Assembly: GCF_963921235.1 (NCBI RefSeq) | Contig: NC_086097.1 | Span: 69,814,001 to 69,878,000 of the forward strand | From: Mobula hypostoma | Lineage: Eukaryota | Length of the DNA: 64,000 nt | Reading direction: 5' to 3' | In this document: in pieces, positions 40,526-52,462 of the stretch | Position numbering within the stretch: position 1 is the stretch's first letter | Layout of the letters: each line of letters starts with the position of its first letter | The notes under the pieces: generated by a model | Seen by the model: the letters and a program-made list of their open reading frames with translations, nothing else | Databases searched by the model: none | Told to the model about the DNA's origin: nothing | Program-made: the position numbers and the translations under genes

Positions 40526-40563
40526 TAGTCCTGACGAAGGGTCTCGGCCTGAAACGTCGACTG
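40526..40563 (+). ncRNA. Minimal type I hammerhead ribozyme motif, sense to STRN3 pre-mRNA
   Basis: TAGTC CTGACGA AGGGTCTCGGCCT GAAAC GTC^GACTG; predicted cut after 40558. Confidence 0.78.
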
Positions 40564-40746
40564 CACCTCTTCCTAGAGATGCTGCCTGGCCTGCTGCGTT
40601 CACCAGCAACTTTTATGTGTGTTAAATGAAGCAAATTGTCATCCTTGATGGTGAAAATGTAATTCTACTTAGCGCTTGTACTTTTCTCCAATTGTTGTGT
40701 GACTGTTCCAGTTTTCTTTCTTATTTGCCAGTTTTACCCTTTCACA

Positions 40747-41097
40747 AATGTGTAAGATGGTGAGAGGCATTGATCATGTGGATAGGCAGAGGCTTTTTCC
40801 CAAAGCTAGAATGGCTAACACGAGAGGGCACAGTTTTAAGGTGCTTAGAAGCAGGTACAGAGGAGATGTCAGGGGTAAGTTTTTTACGCAGAGAGTGGTG
40901 AATGTGTGGAATGGACTGCCGGTGACAGTGGTGGACGCGGATACAATAGGGTCTTTTAAGAGACTCTTGGATAGGTACATGGAGCTTAGAAAAATAGAGG
41001 GCTGCGGGTAACCCTAGGTAATTAAACTACGTATATATTCGACACAGCATTGTGGGCCGAAGGTCCTGTATTGTGCTGCAGGTTTTCTATGCTTCTA
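40747..41097 (+). mobile_element. CR1 3' fragment
   Basis: TRGH..FFTQRVV..WN.LP..FK..LD motif followed by a CR1-type 3' UTR and tail. Confidence 0.85.
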
Positions 41098-41149
41098 AAT
41101 CCTGAAACTCTTATAATCTAGTAGTCTTGCTGTGCTCTCCTAGAATTTA

Positions 41150-42160
41150 AGCTCTGCTCCAATTCCACATTCAAGTTTTCTGACGACACCACTGTTATTG
41201 GCCAAGTCAAAGCTGGTGACAATCAGCACATAGGAGGGAGATTGAAAATCTGACTGAGTGGTACCCACAACCTTTCACTCAATGTCAGAAAGACCAGGAA
41301 GATGATTATTGGTTGCAGGAGGAGGTAACCAGAGGTCCATGAGCCATTCCTCATCAGGGATCAGAGGTGGAGAGGCTCAGCATCTTTAAAATTCCTCGGT
41401 ATTATCGTTTCAGAGGATCTGCTGTGGTCCCAGCACACAAGTGCCATTAAAAGAAAGCATGGCATCACCTCTACTTTCTTAGGAGATGCGTAGACCCAGC
41501 ATGTCCTTTAAAACTTAGACTAATTTGTATGGATGTGTAATAGAGAATATATTGACTGGTTGCATCTTGGCCTGGTATGGCAACGTGAATGTTTTTGAAT
41601 GGAGAAGTCCACAAAAAGTCATGGATACAGTCTAGTCCATCATGAGTAAAGCCCTCGCCAACACTGAGCACACCTACAACGAGCAGTGTTGCAGGAAAGC
41701 GACATCCATCAGAGAGGACCCCCACCGTCCTGGTCAAGCTCTCTTCTCACTGCTGCTATTATGATCTCCGGACTCGTACCACCACATTCTGGAACAGTTA
41801 TTACACCTAAACCATCAGGCCCCTGAACCAACGAAGATAACTTCACTTGCCCAACACTGAACTGTTCCACAGCCTATGGCCTCACTTTCAAGGACTCTTC
41901 ATCTCATGTTCTTGATATTTACTGCTTATTTATTTATTTGTTATTATCATTTTGGTGTCTTTTGCATTTGCAGTTTGTTGTCTTTTGCACATTTGTTTGT
42001 CAATCGTGTGCTGTTTATTTTTGACAATGCTTCTTTGTATTTACTGTGAATACCTGCAAGAAATTTAATTCTGGGTTGTATATGGTGAAATATATATATA
42101 CTGAACCAATTTCCCCCGGGATCAATAAAGTATGACTATGATAATTAATTTACTTTGAAC
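41150..42160 (+). mobile_element. Degenerate Rex1/Babar-like LINE
   Basis: KFSDDTT, KFLG and GCILAWYG remnants; ends in 'tactttgaac'. Confidence 0.7.
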
Positions 42161-42479
42161 GTTTGTCCGTCTTATTTTTAAAAGTTTGATTAAAGCACCA
42201 CCTGGTGGCACAGAAGGGAAATATCAACTAGAATGTTGCACATCCATTGAAGTTGCTATGTACTGGCCTCAAATAGTCCTTTGGTCATTTTTTGGTGTTG
42301 CTTGTAAGCTATGAAAGTATTTACTGTTCCCTTTTGCTGGTGCTCTTTTGTAGTGGATGTCAGATTTGTTTTCTACTTATTTAAGAGCAAGTATAGTTCG
42401 AGCAGATAATGAATGGTGGAGCAGGCTTGAGGGGCTCAATAAGCAAATACTGTTTCTGTTGTTTAAGTTTTATTAAGAT

Positions 42480-42945
42480 ACACATTGATGCAGTCACAAC
42501 GAAGGCACAACAGTGGCTACATTTCATCAGAAGTTTGAGGAGATTTGGCATGCCACAAATTTCTACAGATGTACCGTGGAGAGCATTCTAACAGGCTGCA
42601 TCACAGTTTGTTATGGGGGGGGGGGGGGACTGCAGAGGATTGAAGTAAACTGCAGAGTGTTGTAAACTCCGGCAGCTGCATCATGGGCACTAACTTCCCC
42701 AGCATCCAGGACATCTTCAAGGAGCAGTGTCTCAAAAAGGTTAAGGATTCACGTCACCCAGAACATACCCTCTTCTCATTGCTACCATCAGGGAGGAGGT
42801 ACAGGAGCCTGAAGACACACACTCAGTGGTTCAGGAGTGGCTTCTTTCCCTCTCCCATCAGATTTCTGAATGAACGTTGAACCCATGAACACTTAATTGC
42901 TTTTTTTTTCTCTCTTTGCACTACTTAATTAATGGGAAAAAATAT
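42480..42945 (+). mobile_element. Rex1/Babar-like 3' fragment, continued at about 49883-50001 after the Gypsy insertion
   Basis: HP..LFSLLPSGRRYRS..FFP motif; the 3' UTR resumes after the 3' LTR and ends 'attaaacctaattctgattctg'. Confidence 0.72.
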
Positions 42946-42985
42946 ATGTGTGTGTGTGTGTGTGTGTGTATATATAGAGAGAGAG
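42942..42985. repeat. Compound (TA)/(TG)n/(TA)/(GA) microsatellite
   Basis: Seen directly. Confidence 0.9.
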
Positions 42986-45900
42986 CAAGGTTTCACTGCT
43001 AATGTAATGGCCTCTGTTATGTTTCACTGCAAAGGTAATAGTTTCTCTGTAGCAGCAATGTTTGGGTTATGACTAGAGGTAAGGGGGGCTTTGGAATGTA
43101 TGCTACCCAATTAGCGGGATGTTGTTCTTTCTGGTGGGTCTAGGAGCAGGGAATTGGCAGTCTTTTGCCAGGGAGAGATGAGGAGAGAATACATGAATGG
43201 AGGGAGTTGGTAGACTGCTGGATGGAGTGGGTTCCGAGGGTCGGCTACACTCGAGGTCGATGGGGAGCAAATGAACAGACCATGAGCTCCAACGTTGCGC
43301 ATTAGACTGTTTCATGAGAATGGGCCCTTTTTTTTGTTTCCTTACTAACCATACAGTCAAATTAAGAGTTATAAAGCTCAGTCGTTTAATCGCATATTGT
43401 GTACTGTTTGTTATTTCATGGTACTGATTTATAACAGGGGACACATCACACAGCATCCACCCAAACAAAATTTCTTAAGTTTGGCCGGGTCGAGGGCTGT
43501 CTTCCCCTAGATTAAGCCGCTAGCTGAAGCGAGAGTTACAATTGTGGGGGTATCGTTCAGGATTGATTTCGTTGGATGCTGTGTGATTACCCTGAGTATT
43601 GTACCAGTGGGGTAGATATTCGTACTCCGGATGAATTGTTAATTCACCCGTTAAGTACTGTTAAAGTTGCGATTGCGGGGCGGAGGTTTGATAAGATGGC
43701 AGGCGCAGCTCTCATTTTAATGCAGACCAGTGCTAACGTAGTGGTAGCTGGGGGCGGAGATTTCAAAGACAGGGTTCTATCGTTTCTGAGGAGGTAGGGG
43801 AAGGAGTGGTCAGATTTGGAATGTCTAATTAGTCCCCGTCCCCCAGTGAAGAGTGAGAATTCTGAGTTAATATCTGCCCTTACCTCGCTGGCAAATAAAT
43901 GGAAAAATGCTCAGGTTCAAAGTCCCTGCTCTGGTAGGCTCCGCCTATTCTCTGATATAATGCCCACCCCTAAAGGGGAAGAGTGCTGTGATGATATAAA
44001 GCAACAGAGATTGGTTGAGAGTTTGCGTAGGCGGGCTGCTGACGCTGTGAGAGCCGTCACGTTGCGGTATCCCGTAGCGACTGCTGTCAATTACATGCAA
44101 GTACTGGACAAGCTTTTGGCCCGACGGGAAGCCCAATGGAGCTCATGGAGGGGTTTCAGAACATGCGTCAGGAGAAAGGGGAGAAGCTTTTTGCTTATCT
44201 TTTTTGGCAAGAGAGACAACTAAATTGCTTGCAGCGCAGAGGGGTCATTCAAGCAGCTGAGGTGGATCAGTTAAGAATGGACCAGATAGCCAGGGGCGCC
44301 CAGTCCCAGGAACTGATTGCTTGGGGTCTCTGACAATCTCATAAGACGCTCCCCCTCCATTTTTTGTTGAGCTGATCAGAGAGGTACAGGAAGAGGTGAA
44401 CATATTGGAGGCGTGGGAGGCCTCCGTCAGCAGGGTACAGTCTTCGGTAGTGGTCCCCTGCGGTGGTGACCACAGATAGCCTACCCCGGGGAGCAGTAGA
44501 GGAGATTGTGGCAGAATTGAGTATGGAGATGTTTCGGCTGTTATCAGTAGGTGTGACCCCCCACCACCCAAAATATGATGGAGCTTGTGTGGGGGAGGTT
44601 GCTGGCAGCAGGTGTCCTGTGAGAAGGAGAATGAGACCCCGGGCACCTAAGCAGAGAGAGACATTGGGAAAACTTAGAGGAGACCCAGTGAGGAAACGGC
44701 CTGGTGTCTCTGGGGGAACACATTATCAGCAATGTACCAAGGAACCCCTGAAAGCGAAATACCTTATTCCTGAAGGCTTAGTGGGACCATGCTCCAGTGT
44801 GTCGCTATGGCTAGAGGGTATTCATGCTTAAGCCATACTCGACAGCAGGTCATAGGTCACAATATTGTACTGTTCATTTTACACCCGATACCTGAAGCAT
44901 TAATATTGACCCCATTCAGGGCACTGGAGATCTGGGGACTTGGTGCTAGTGATTATCCATACAACGGTTATTTGTCAGTGAAGTTGGAGTTCTTGGAGGC
45001 CAATGTAGGAGTGTCTGAGATCCTTGATACATTGCTGCTGGTTTGTCCGGACCCTGTTGAGAAGAGCGGCGTTTCAATTCTGGTGGGGACCAATACCCCT
45101 CTTGTGAGGAGGTTCATGGGGGCCTGCAAGGAGAAGGCTGGTGAGAGCTTTCTGGGAACATTGTCCGTGCACCCGGTGTTTCGAGCTGCTTTTGAGGAAG
45201 TGCGTGGCAGCATTGGGCCGGATACTGAATTTAGATGAGGGACTGTGTGGTTCACCCAGTCGAAGCCAGTGGTGGTACGGCCCGGGGAAGTAGCAAGAGT
45301 GATGGGGACCCCCACATTTCCTGGAGTGCCTGAGGGCGAAGCTCTCTTAGTGGACGCTCTGGAAGACCACGAGAGGGAGTCGGGATTTCCTGTTGAGGTA
45401 CTGGTGAGGCCTGAATTGCAGAGGCCCTCAGTTGTGCAGGCGAGCAGGATGGCAGTAATTGTTAGGAATGCTACGAAGAGGGAGATCACCTTCAAGCGGA
45501 GGATGCCCCTAGCGCATCTGTTCCCGGTGACGGTAATGTCTAGTGTTCCCATGAGACAAGCTGGGGAGAAACTATTGGAAAAGGGGGGGAAAGTTGACCA
45601 CTGAGTTACTCAACTTCAGGGACTCCCTGGTTGGAAGAGGAGGTTGGTAGAGAAGATGTTGATGCTGGAAGGTGTCTTTTCCACTGATGGGTTTGATATG
45701 GGTTGTTCCAAGAGCACTTGTCACACTATCCGGGTGACCAAGGACACCCCGTTTAGAGAACGATCATGGAGGCTGGCCCCTGCAGACATGGAGGATGTCC
45801 GGCAGCATTTGTGTAAGTTGAAGGAAGCTGGGGTCATCACTGAGTCCCGAAGCCCCTATGTGTCCCTAATAGTAGTAGCCCAAGAGAAGAATGGGAAGGT

Positions 45901-47560
45901 ATGGATGTGTGTGGACTATAGGACTCTGAACGGGCGCACCGTTCCTGACCAGTATACGGTCCCGAGGATTGAAGATGTGCTGGCCTGCCTGAGTGGTGCG
46001 AAGTGGTTCAGAGTGCTGGACTTCAGAAGTGGATGTTACCAGATACCCATGAGGGAGACTGACAAAGGGAAGATGGCATTTATCTGTTCCCTGAGATTTT
46101 TCCAGTTTGAAAGGATGCCCCAGGGCATATCTGGAGCCCCTGCTACCATCCAGTGGGTCATGGAGAAGATGGTGGGGGAATATGAATTTGCTTGAGGTAT
46201 TGGTGTATTGGGATGACCTCATAGTGTTTGTATCCATCTTGGTAGAACATGAAGCGAGGCTGCTGAAGGTGCTGGGCTGCCTGAAAGCTGAAGGGTTAAA
46301 ACTTTCCCTGGACAAATGCCAGTTCTGCCAAATGTCTGTTAGCTATGTTGGGCACATAATCTCATGGGATGAAGTAGCTGCAGATCCAGCTAAGATAGAG
46401 GCGGTGACCACTTGGCCAAGACCTCAGACTTTGAGCGCACTGCGCTCGTTCCTCAGTTTCTGTGGTTACTATCGAAAGTTTGTGAAAGGCTATGCGAAAG
46501 TGAGTTACCCATTGAATCAGCTTCTGTGCGGTTACCCTCCCTTGAAGAAGAAAGGGAGGGGGAAAAAAGGACAGGAGGGTGGAGAGTATCTTAGCCCATT
46601 AGATCCCTTTGGACCGAGGCGGGATACAAATTGTGAGGAGGCCTTTCAGTTGCTGAAGGAACTGCTGACCAAGGCGCCGGTACTGGCTTTTGCAGACCCC
46701 CGATTGCTGTATGTACTGAACACGGATGCCAACTGAGAAGGCTTAAGGGGCGTCCTGTATCAGAACTGAGGCACCAGGTTGAGACCTGTTGAGTTTGTCA
46801 GCCGGAGTCTGTCGCCCTCTGAGAAAAGCTATCCCATGCACAAGTTGGAATTTCTGGTGCTGAAATGGGCAGTGGTGGATAAGCTGAGTGCCTACCTCTA
46901 TGGGGCCAAGTTTGAGGTGAGGATGGACAACAACCCCCTAACTCATATCCTGACCTTGGTGAAACTGGATGCCACAAGCCATTGGTGGTTGGCGGTGTTG
47001 TCTGCCTATGATTTCAACCTGAAGTACCGGCTGGGAAGCAGGACCATTGATGCTGATGCTTTGTCCCGACGGGCCCATGAGGGGACAGGTCAGGGACGAG
47101 AAGTGGGAGAGCATTCCTGCCCTGGGGATGAATGCCATGTGTCAGTTTGCCTTCACCGTGAAGGCAGAGAGACAGGAGGGGCAGGATCGAGCAGTGGATC
47201 AATTGGGGGCTTCTGATGATACTATTCCCCAAGTTCACTGTAACCTGACTGCTCTGAAGACAAATCAGCTGCCGGAATTGAGTTCTGGGGAAGTGGCAGC
47301 TGCTCAGCGAGACAACCTGGACAGCAGTATCATTTGGTCAGCGGTCGAAAAGGGAGACATGGCTCAGGCTGAGAAGACGAAATGCGGTAGTGTCTCCATT
47401 ACTGAGAGAATGGCCATGGTTGGGGTTGCCAGAGGTTAGGCAACTCCCCGGTTCCTGTGGATTGGAAGAGGAGGTTGATAGAGAAGATGTTGAAGCTGGA
47501 AAGTTAGGTCGGCCCCCACCCCTGAGAGGGATACTGATTCCGAGGACGAGGACCTGGATG

Positions 47561-48856
47561 TTCAAAGGTTCAATTTAATGTCAAAAAAATGTATACAATA
47601 TACATCCTGAAATGCTATTTCTTTGCAAACATCTACAAAAACAGAACGAAAGAATGAACGAAAAATAAACATAACCCCAAAGTCACCCCAGTTCCCCTCC
47701 CTCCTGCGTGTAAGTGGCAGCAAGCAACAATCCCCCTCCCACCACCAACAAAAAAAAAAGCAAGCATCGGTATCACCACCGAGTCTTCAGCTTGAGCAAA
47801 GCAATAGCAAAGACACAGACTTGCAGTGACCCCAAAGACTTTGCGTTACACCCAGCATTCGACAACCGCAGATTCTCTCTCTCTCTCATAAGGGAGGTGT
47901 CTCCATTTTTTTTCCCCCAGCGAGTGGGGAGACATAACAAACAACTCGCTGGTTTACGATGTTAAAAGTCCGCCAAGTCACTTTTTTTGAGCTCTGTGCC
48001 TGAAAACCGCAAAGATTCTGGGTCTTCGGGCCCACCGCAGATATCCCGACTCTGCTGATGACTCACGGGTCTCCTGCCGTGACACCGACCCTCAATCCAC
48101 CCATCTGCAGAACCCCGAGATCTTAGGCATCCGAATTGGAGCTGAATTCTCAGGCCAAATCCTTGGTGTGCCGAACAACGGCCAGTCCTGAAACCCCGAG
48201 AATGGGTCCCATTCCCGCAAAAAACCAAAATCAGCGTGTATCTCCAGGTCAGGGTCTTCAAAAGAACCCTGAAAGGGAAAAATAAAGATACGAGGGGTGG
48301 TTGATAAGTTCATGGCCTAAGGTAGAAGGAGTCAATTTTAGAAAACCTAGCACATTTATTTTTCGACATAGTCCCTTCCTACATTTATACACTTAGTCCA
48401 GCGGTCGTGGAGCATACGGATCTAGGACCTCCAGAAAATGTCCACAGCAGGGGTGATTGATAGGTTTGTGGCCTAAGGTAGAAGGAGATGAGTTATTAAC
48501 TTCAAACTTTCTGCATAATCACTCAAAGAGTTGAGCTGCATGTGCATGTAAAGAGAGCCGTATAACTCATCTCCTTCTACCTTAGACCACAAACTTATCA
48601 ATCACCCCTGCTATGGGCACTTTCTGGAGATCCAAGATCCGTATGCTCCACGACCACTGGACTAAGTGTGTAAATGTAGGAGGGGACCATATTGAAAAAT
48701 AATGTGTTAGGCTTTCTAAAATTGACTCCTCCTACCCTCAGCCACGAACTTATCAATCACCCCTTGTATTAAAGATGAAAGTAGAACTGTTTCCGAAGAT
48801 GCAAGCAAAGGAGTGGCTGTTTAGCGCCATCTTAACTTCGCTCTACCTCCCGATTG
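47561..48856 (-). mobile_element. Non-coding, non-autonomous retroposon inserted in the Gypsy element
   Basis: AAGATGGCGC near the 5' end; ATTAAA plus a TTGAAC-type tail like the Rex tails in this window; no protein motif. Confidence 0.55.
48291..48766. mobile_element. Palindromic mariner-type MITE
   Basis: TA-flanked CGAGGGGTG..GATAAGTT termini; about 206-bp inverted arms; internal second TIR pair. Confidence 0.88.
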
Positions 48857-50204
48857 GTCATATATGCTGCTTTTTGCTAACTCCCCATTAATGGAGGAAA
48901 AGACTTCCAGCCCTTCTCCCACTGAGTCAGGTGAAGTGGCGGGCGGGGTGCTATCTGTGGACAGCCTGGTTTGTAGCGGGGCTTGGCCACAGGACGGAGG
49001 GGTGCGAGTTGCAGGTGGCACGAGTGATAGGTCAGGGGAGGCCGCGCCAGGTAGACCGGAAGTATCCCCAGTAGTGTCTGAACCTGAAGGGTTAGGTGAG
49101 GGGGTTTCAGAGAGTTAGAAGACCACCAGATAGGATGGCCTGCGTAGCACCGGCGGAACAGAGTGTGACCCCTACTGTTTTGGGGAGCTGTGTCACTGCC
49201 TGTTACACCTGGATTGGCCTTTGTGTTTTGCAGGGAGGGTTGGCAAATTATCTCAACGTCATGAAGACTTGACTAAATTTGGTGGGGGGAAGAGTGTAAT
49301 GCGCTTTAAGGTTTCACTGCTAATGTAATGGGCTCCCTGTAATGTTTCATTGCTAAGGTAATGGTTTCTCTGTAGCAGCAATATTTGGGTTATGACTAGA
49401 GATAACAGGGCTTTGGAATGTATGCTAGCCAATGAGCAGGATGATGTTCTTTCTTGTGGGCCTGAGAGCAGGGATTTGGCGGTCTTTTGCCAGGGAGAGA
49501 TGAAGAGAAGAAGACTTGAACAGAGATAGCTGGTAGACCACCGGACGGAGTGAGCTTGGACCAAGGGTCCGAGGGTCGGCTACGCTCAGAAGAAGTCAAC
49601 AGGAAACCAGTGGACTGAACCGTGAGCTCCAAAGTTGCGCATTAGACTGTTTCATGAGAATGGGCCCTTTTTTTTTTGTTTCTTTACTAACCATATAGTC
49701 AAATTAAGAATTATAAAGCTCAATTGTTTAATCACATATTGTGTACTGTTTGTTATTTCATGGTACTGATTTGTAAAAGGGAACACATTGTGCAGCATCC
49801 ACCCAAACAAGATTTCTTAAGTTTGGCCGGGCCGAGCGCTGTCCTCCCTTAGGTTAAGCTGCTAGCTGAACCAAGAGTTACATTACATATAGTATATATA
49901 TTTACTGCAATTTACAGTTTTTATTTTGTATTGCAACGTACTGCTGCCATACAACAATTTTCACAATGTATGCCAGTGAAATTAAACCTAATTCTGATTC
50001 TGTTTCTAACTTTTTTTCTCTTCCATTATCCTTCTAATATCTGTTGTTTCCTTCAAGAAGCATTTATTTATTTAGCATTCTGTTATCAGGACTGCCTTCC
50101 TATATCCTGGTGTCTTTCCTTGTTCTTTCATTATATCTCCGTAACCCACTTATTCATTAATGTCTTTTCTTTAGCAATATTGCCTCTGTCATATTCGATC
50201 AAAA

Positions 50205-50470
50205 ATAATCAACCTGAGACATGAACTCTGTTTTTCCTTCTCCATAGTTGCTGTCCATCCTGCTGAGTATTTCCAGCATCTTAATTCTTTTTGAAATGTC
50301 TAAGATCTGCTGTTTTATGTTTCAAGTTATTGCCAATTTAATCCAGATGAAGGATCTCAAACCAAATGATCGACTGTCCGTTTCCCTCCACAGATAATGC
50401 CTGGCCTACTGAGTTCCTCCAGCAGATTGTTCTTCGCTCTAGATTCCAGCATCTGCAATTTCATGTGTCT
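50205..50470 (+). mobile_element. Two decayed PLE-type 3' end remnants
   Basis: '..ctgctgagtatttccagcatc' and 'gatgaaggatctc..tcgactgtcc..gcctggcctactgagttcctccagca..ttccagcatctgca' resemble the pLTR and tail. Confidence 0.5.
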
Positions 50471-50784
50471 ACTTCTCCAATTCTTTCCTTCCCATTTGCT
50501 TTCCTAGTTACCTGATTTTGTCTCCCTAACATCATCTTCGGTGAATAGTTTTTCTGTTATCTGCTTATGCATTCTAAGTGTCACTCTTTTAATAATATCC
50601 TAACTCCTAACTTAGCCCTCCTCTTACCTGGTAAAACCTATTCTCCCTCACTTCTTTGCACCTCCTCCTCATTCACTCTGCTTTGCTCTTTGATATGCAG
50701 TTCCAAAAAGTGGCAAAGTGGAGTCCATGCAATGAAAACAACGAAGACTGAGACTCATACTGAAAAGTTGCTGAACTAACTATC

Positions 50785-51520
50785 CTCAGACCCCGCTTAA
50801 CGCTGAGGATGTGTTCCTTGGTGGAGCGCTATGTGAATCAGTGCTATGAGGGCCCATTGTAACATTACCTAACTCAGGCATGTGTGCCTGATCTTTTAAA
50901 AAATCGAATTTGAGATATAGGATGTATTATTTTATGTAAACACTGTAATTCATGGAGTAACAAACACACAAATAGGCCTAACCTGTACATGAGTGGAGCA
51001 GCAACACATCACAGCAGCAGCAGAGGGAAGCGGGTGGGAGAGACCGGGCTGTGGGTCCTCCTCTAACTTCGGCTTCTTTTTCAAGTAGGCATCGAGATTT
51101 GACTGCCTTTTCTTAAGTTTCCTCTAATGAAGCAGTTCTTGGTAGTAGGAAATCATGTTGAGAACACCTCTCTTTGCCTTATTGCTTTGGTCCCAGTCAG
51201 GGTCATTATTGATGAACTAGTCCATGATTTGTGTGATTGTGGTGATGCTAGTACTGAGGAATTAATGGTGAGATTCCTTGCTGATGTTTCCTCTTCTCTA
51301 TCCGTGTCCTCAAATTCGCCCAGGATACGTTGCTCTGCCAGTTCTCAAAGCTCTTAGTTATTAAAGCTCTCACCATGAGAATGGAGTAACTCTTCAACTT
51401 TGCCACCATTAACATCCTCACACCATATCACTTGCAGTTTCACATCCATGCTAATGCTTTTCCTAGACACCCTCATCACTGGAAGTTGCAGCCCATTTCC
51501 CAGACATTATAGGTGAAAAA
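50785..51520 (-). mobile_element. Possible old Tigger-like transposon remnant
   Basis: Minus-strand EELLHSHGE.. and KRQSNLDAYLKK fragments resemble a Tigger transposase C-terminus. Confidence 0.4.
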
Positions 51521-51940
51521 AAATGGAATGAATTGGCGAGGGAGCAAAAATGTTTACGGACGTGTGGGAGGCAGAGCGTGAACTAATATGTCAGTGGCTC
51601 AGAGTATATGTAAGGTGCTCTCATTGGCTGACTGAATATTTACTGTAATGGCGACTGTTCTTTAGCATTTTTAAGTGTTGGTTAGAATTAATTTTTGTCA
51701 TTTAGAAAAATTTCAATAAAGAATTGAATAACCACGTTATAATCAATTGGGTAACATTATGCATGGTAGGAGGGTATGGGTGAAGTCATTATGAATTAAC
51801 TGCAGACAGGTGACAAACATAGAGTGTGAGCCAATAAATTGGATATCAGGAGGTTTATAAATATCCAAAACTGGACAGTGCTATCAGAGCAATTATCCTT
51901 CTTAGGATACTTTTGTTCCTTAAGGCTAACTGGTCTTATA

Positions 51941-52462
51941 CAGGTTTCCCCCGCTATCCAAAAGTAGAGTGTTTCTATGAAACTGTTTGTAAGCTGAAGT
52001 GGCGTAAAGTGAAGAAGCAGTTACCATTAATTTATATCAGAAAAATTTTTGAGCGTTCCCAGACGCAAAAAATAACCTACCAAATCATACCAAATAGCAC
52101 ATAAAACCTAAAATAACACTAACATATAGTAAAAGCAGGAATCATATCATGAATACACAGCCTATATAAAGTAGAAATAATGTATGTACAGTGTAGTTTC
52201 ACTTACCAGAATTGGGAAGATTTAGCCAAAACCGATTTGTAGAAAAAAATCGGCACGTACACGCATGTGCACACACCTGCCCACGCAAGGCTTTACGGTC
52301 ATGGTAGTCTTGGGGTAAACACAAGTTTAAAGTGGGCGCCTTTTTTCGTAAAAGTGAAAATCCTCTTTGGATTTCTTTCGGTTAGCGAAAACAGGTTCTA
52401 ATGTAGGTCTTTCATAAAAGTGAAGTGGCGAAAGCGAACTTTCGTAAAGCGGGGGACACCTG
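51941..52462 (-). mobile_element. Tigger-derived MITE related to 22560-24071
   Basis: Same termini (CAGGTTTCCCC / GGGGACACCTG) and shared subterminal sequence; TA on the left. Confidence 0.85.

Larger units (their letters stand above)
38308..40623 (-). mobile_element. Penelope-like retroelement, 5'-truncated, with an about 790-bp inverted copy of its 3' end
   Basis: RT C-terminus (LRYIDD, FLDL, YYKPT) at 39057-39830; GIY-YIG endonuclease (GVIYCVRC..C..LYIGET..R..EH) at 38734-39060; inverted arm at about 39836-40623; TSD AAATGAAGCAAATT (38294-38307 / 40624-40637). Confidence 0.93.
42987..49882 (+). mobile_element. Gypsy/Ty3 LTR retrotransposon, decayed, with integrase core missing
   Basis: LTRs 42987-43540 and 49295-49882 (TG..CA); degenerate tRNA-Pro-like PBS at about 43545; PPT at about 49281-49294; PNMA-like gag, protease, RT (CVDYR, YWDD) and RNase H (LEFL, DNNPL, ADALSR). 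Confidence 0.92.

Noticed and set aside
43576..44700. Domesticated PNMA-like host gene
   Set aside because: Multiple stops and frameshifts, and it lies within LTRs next to pol.
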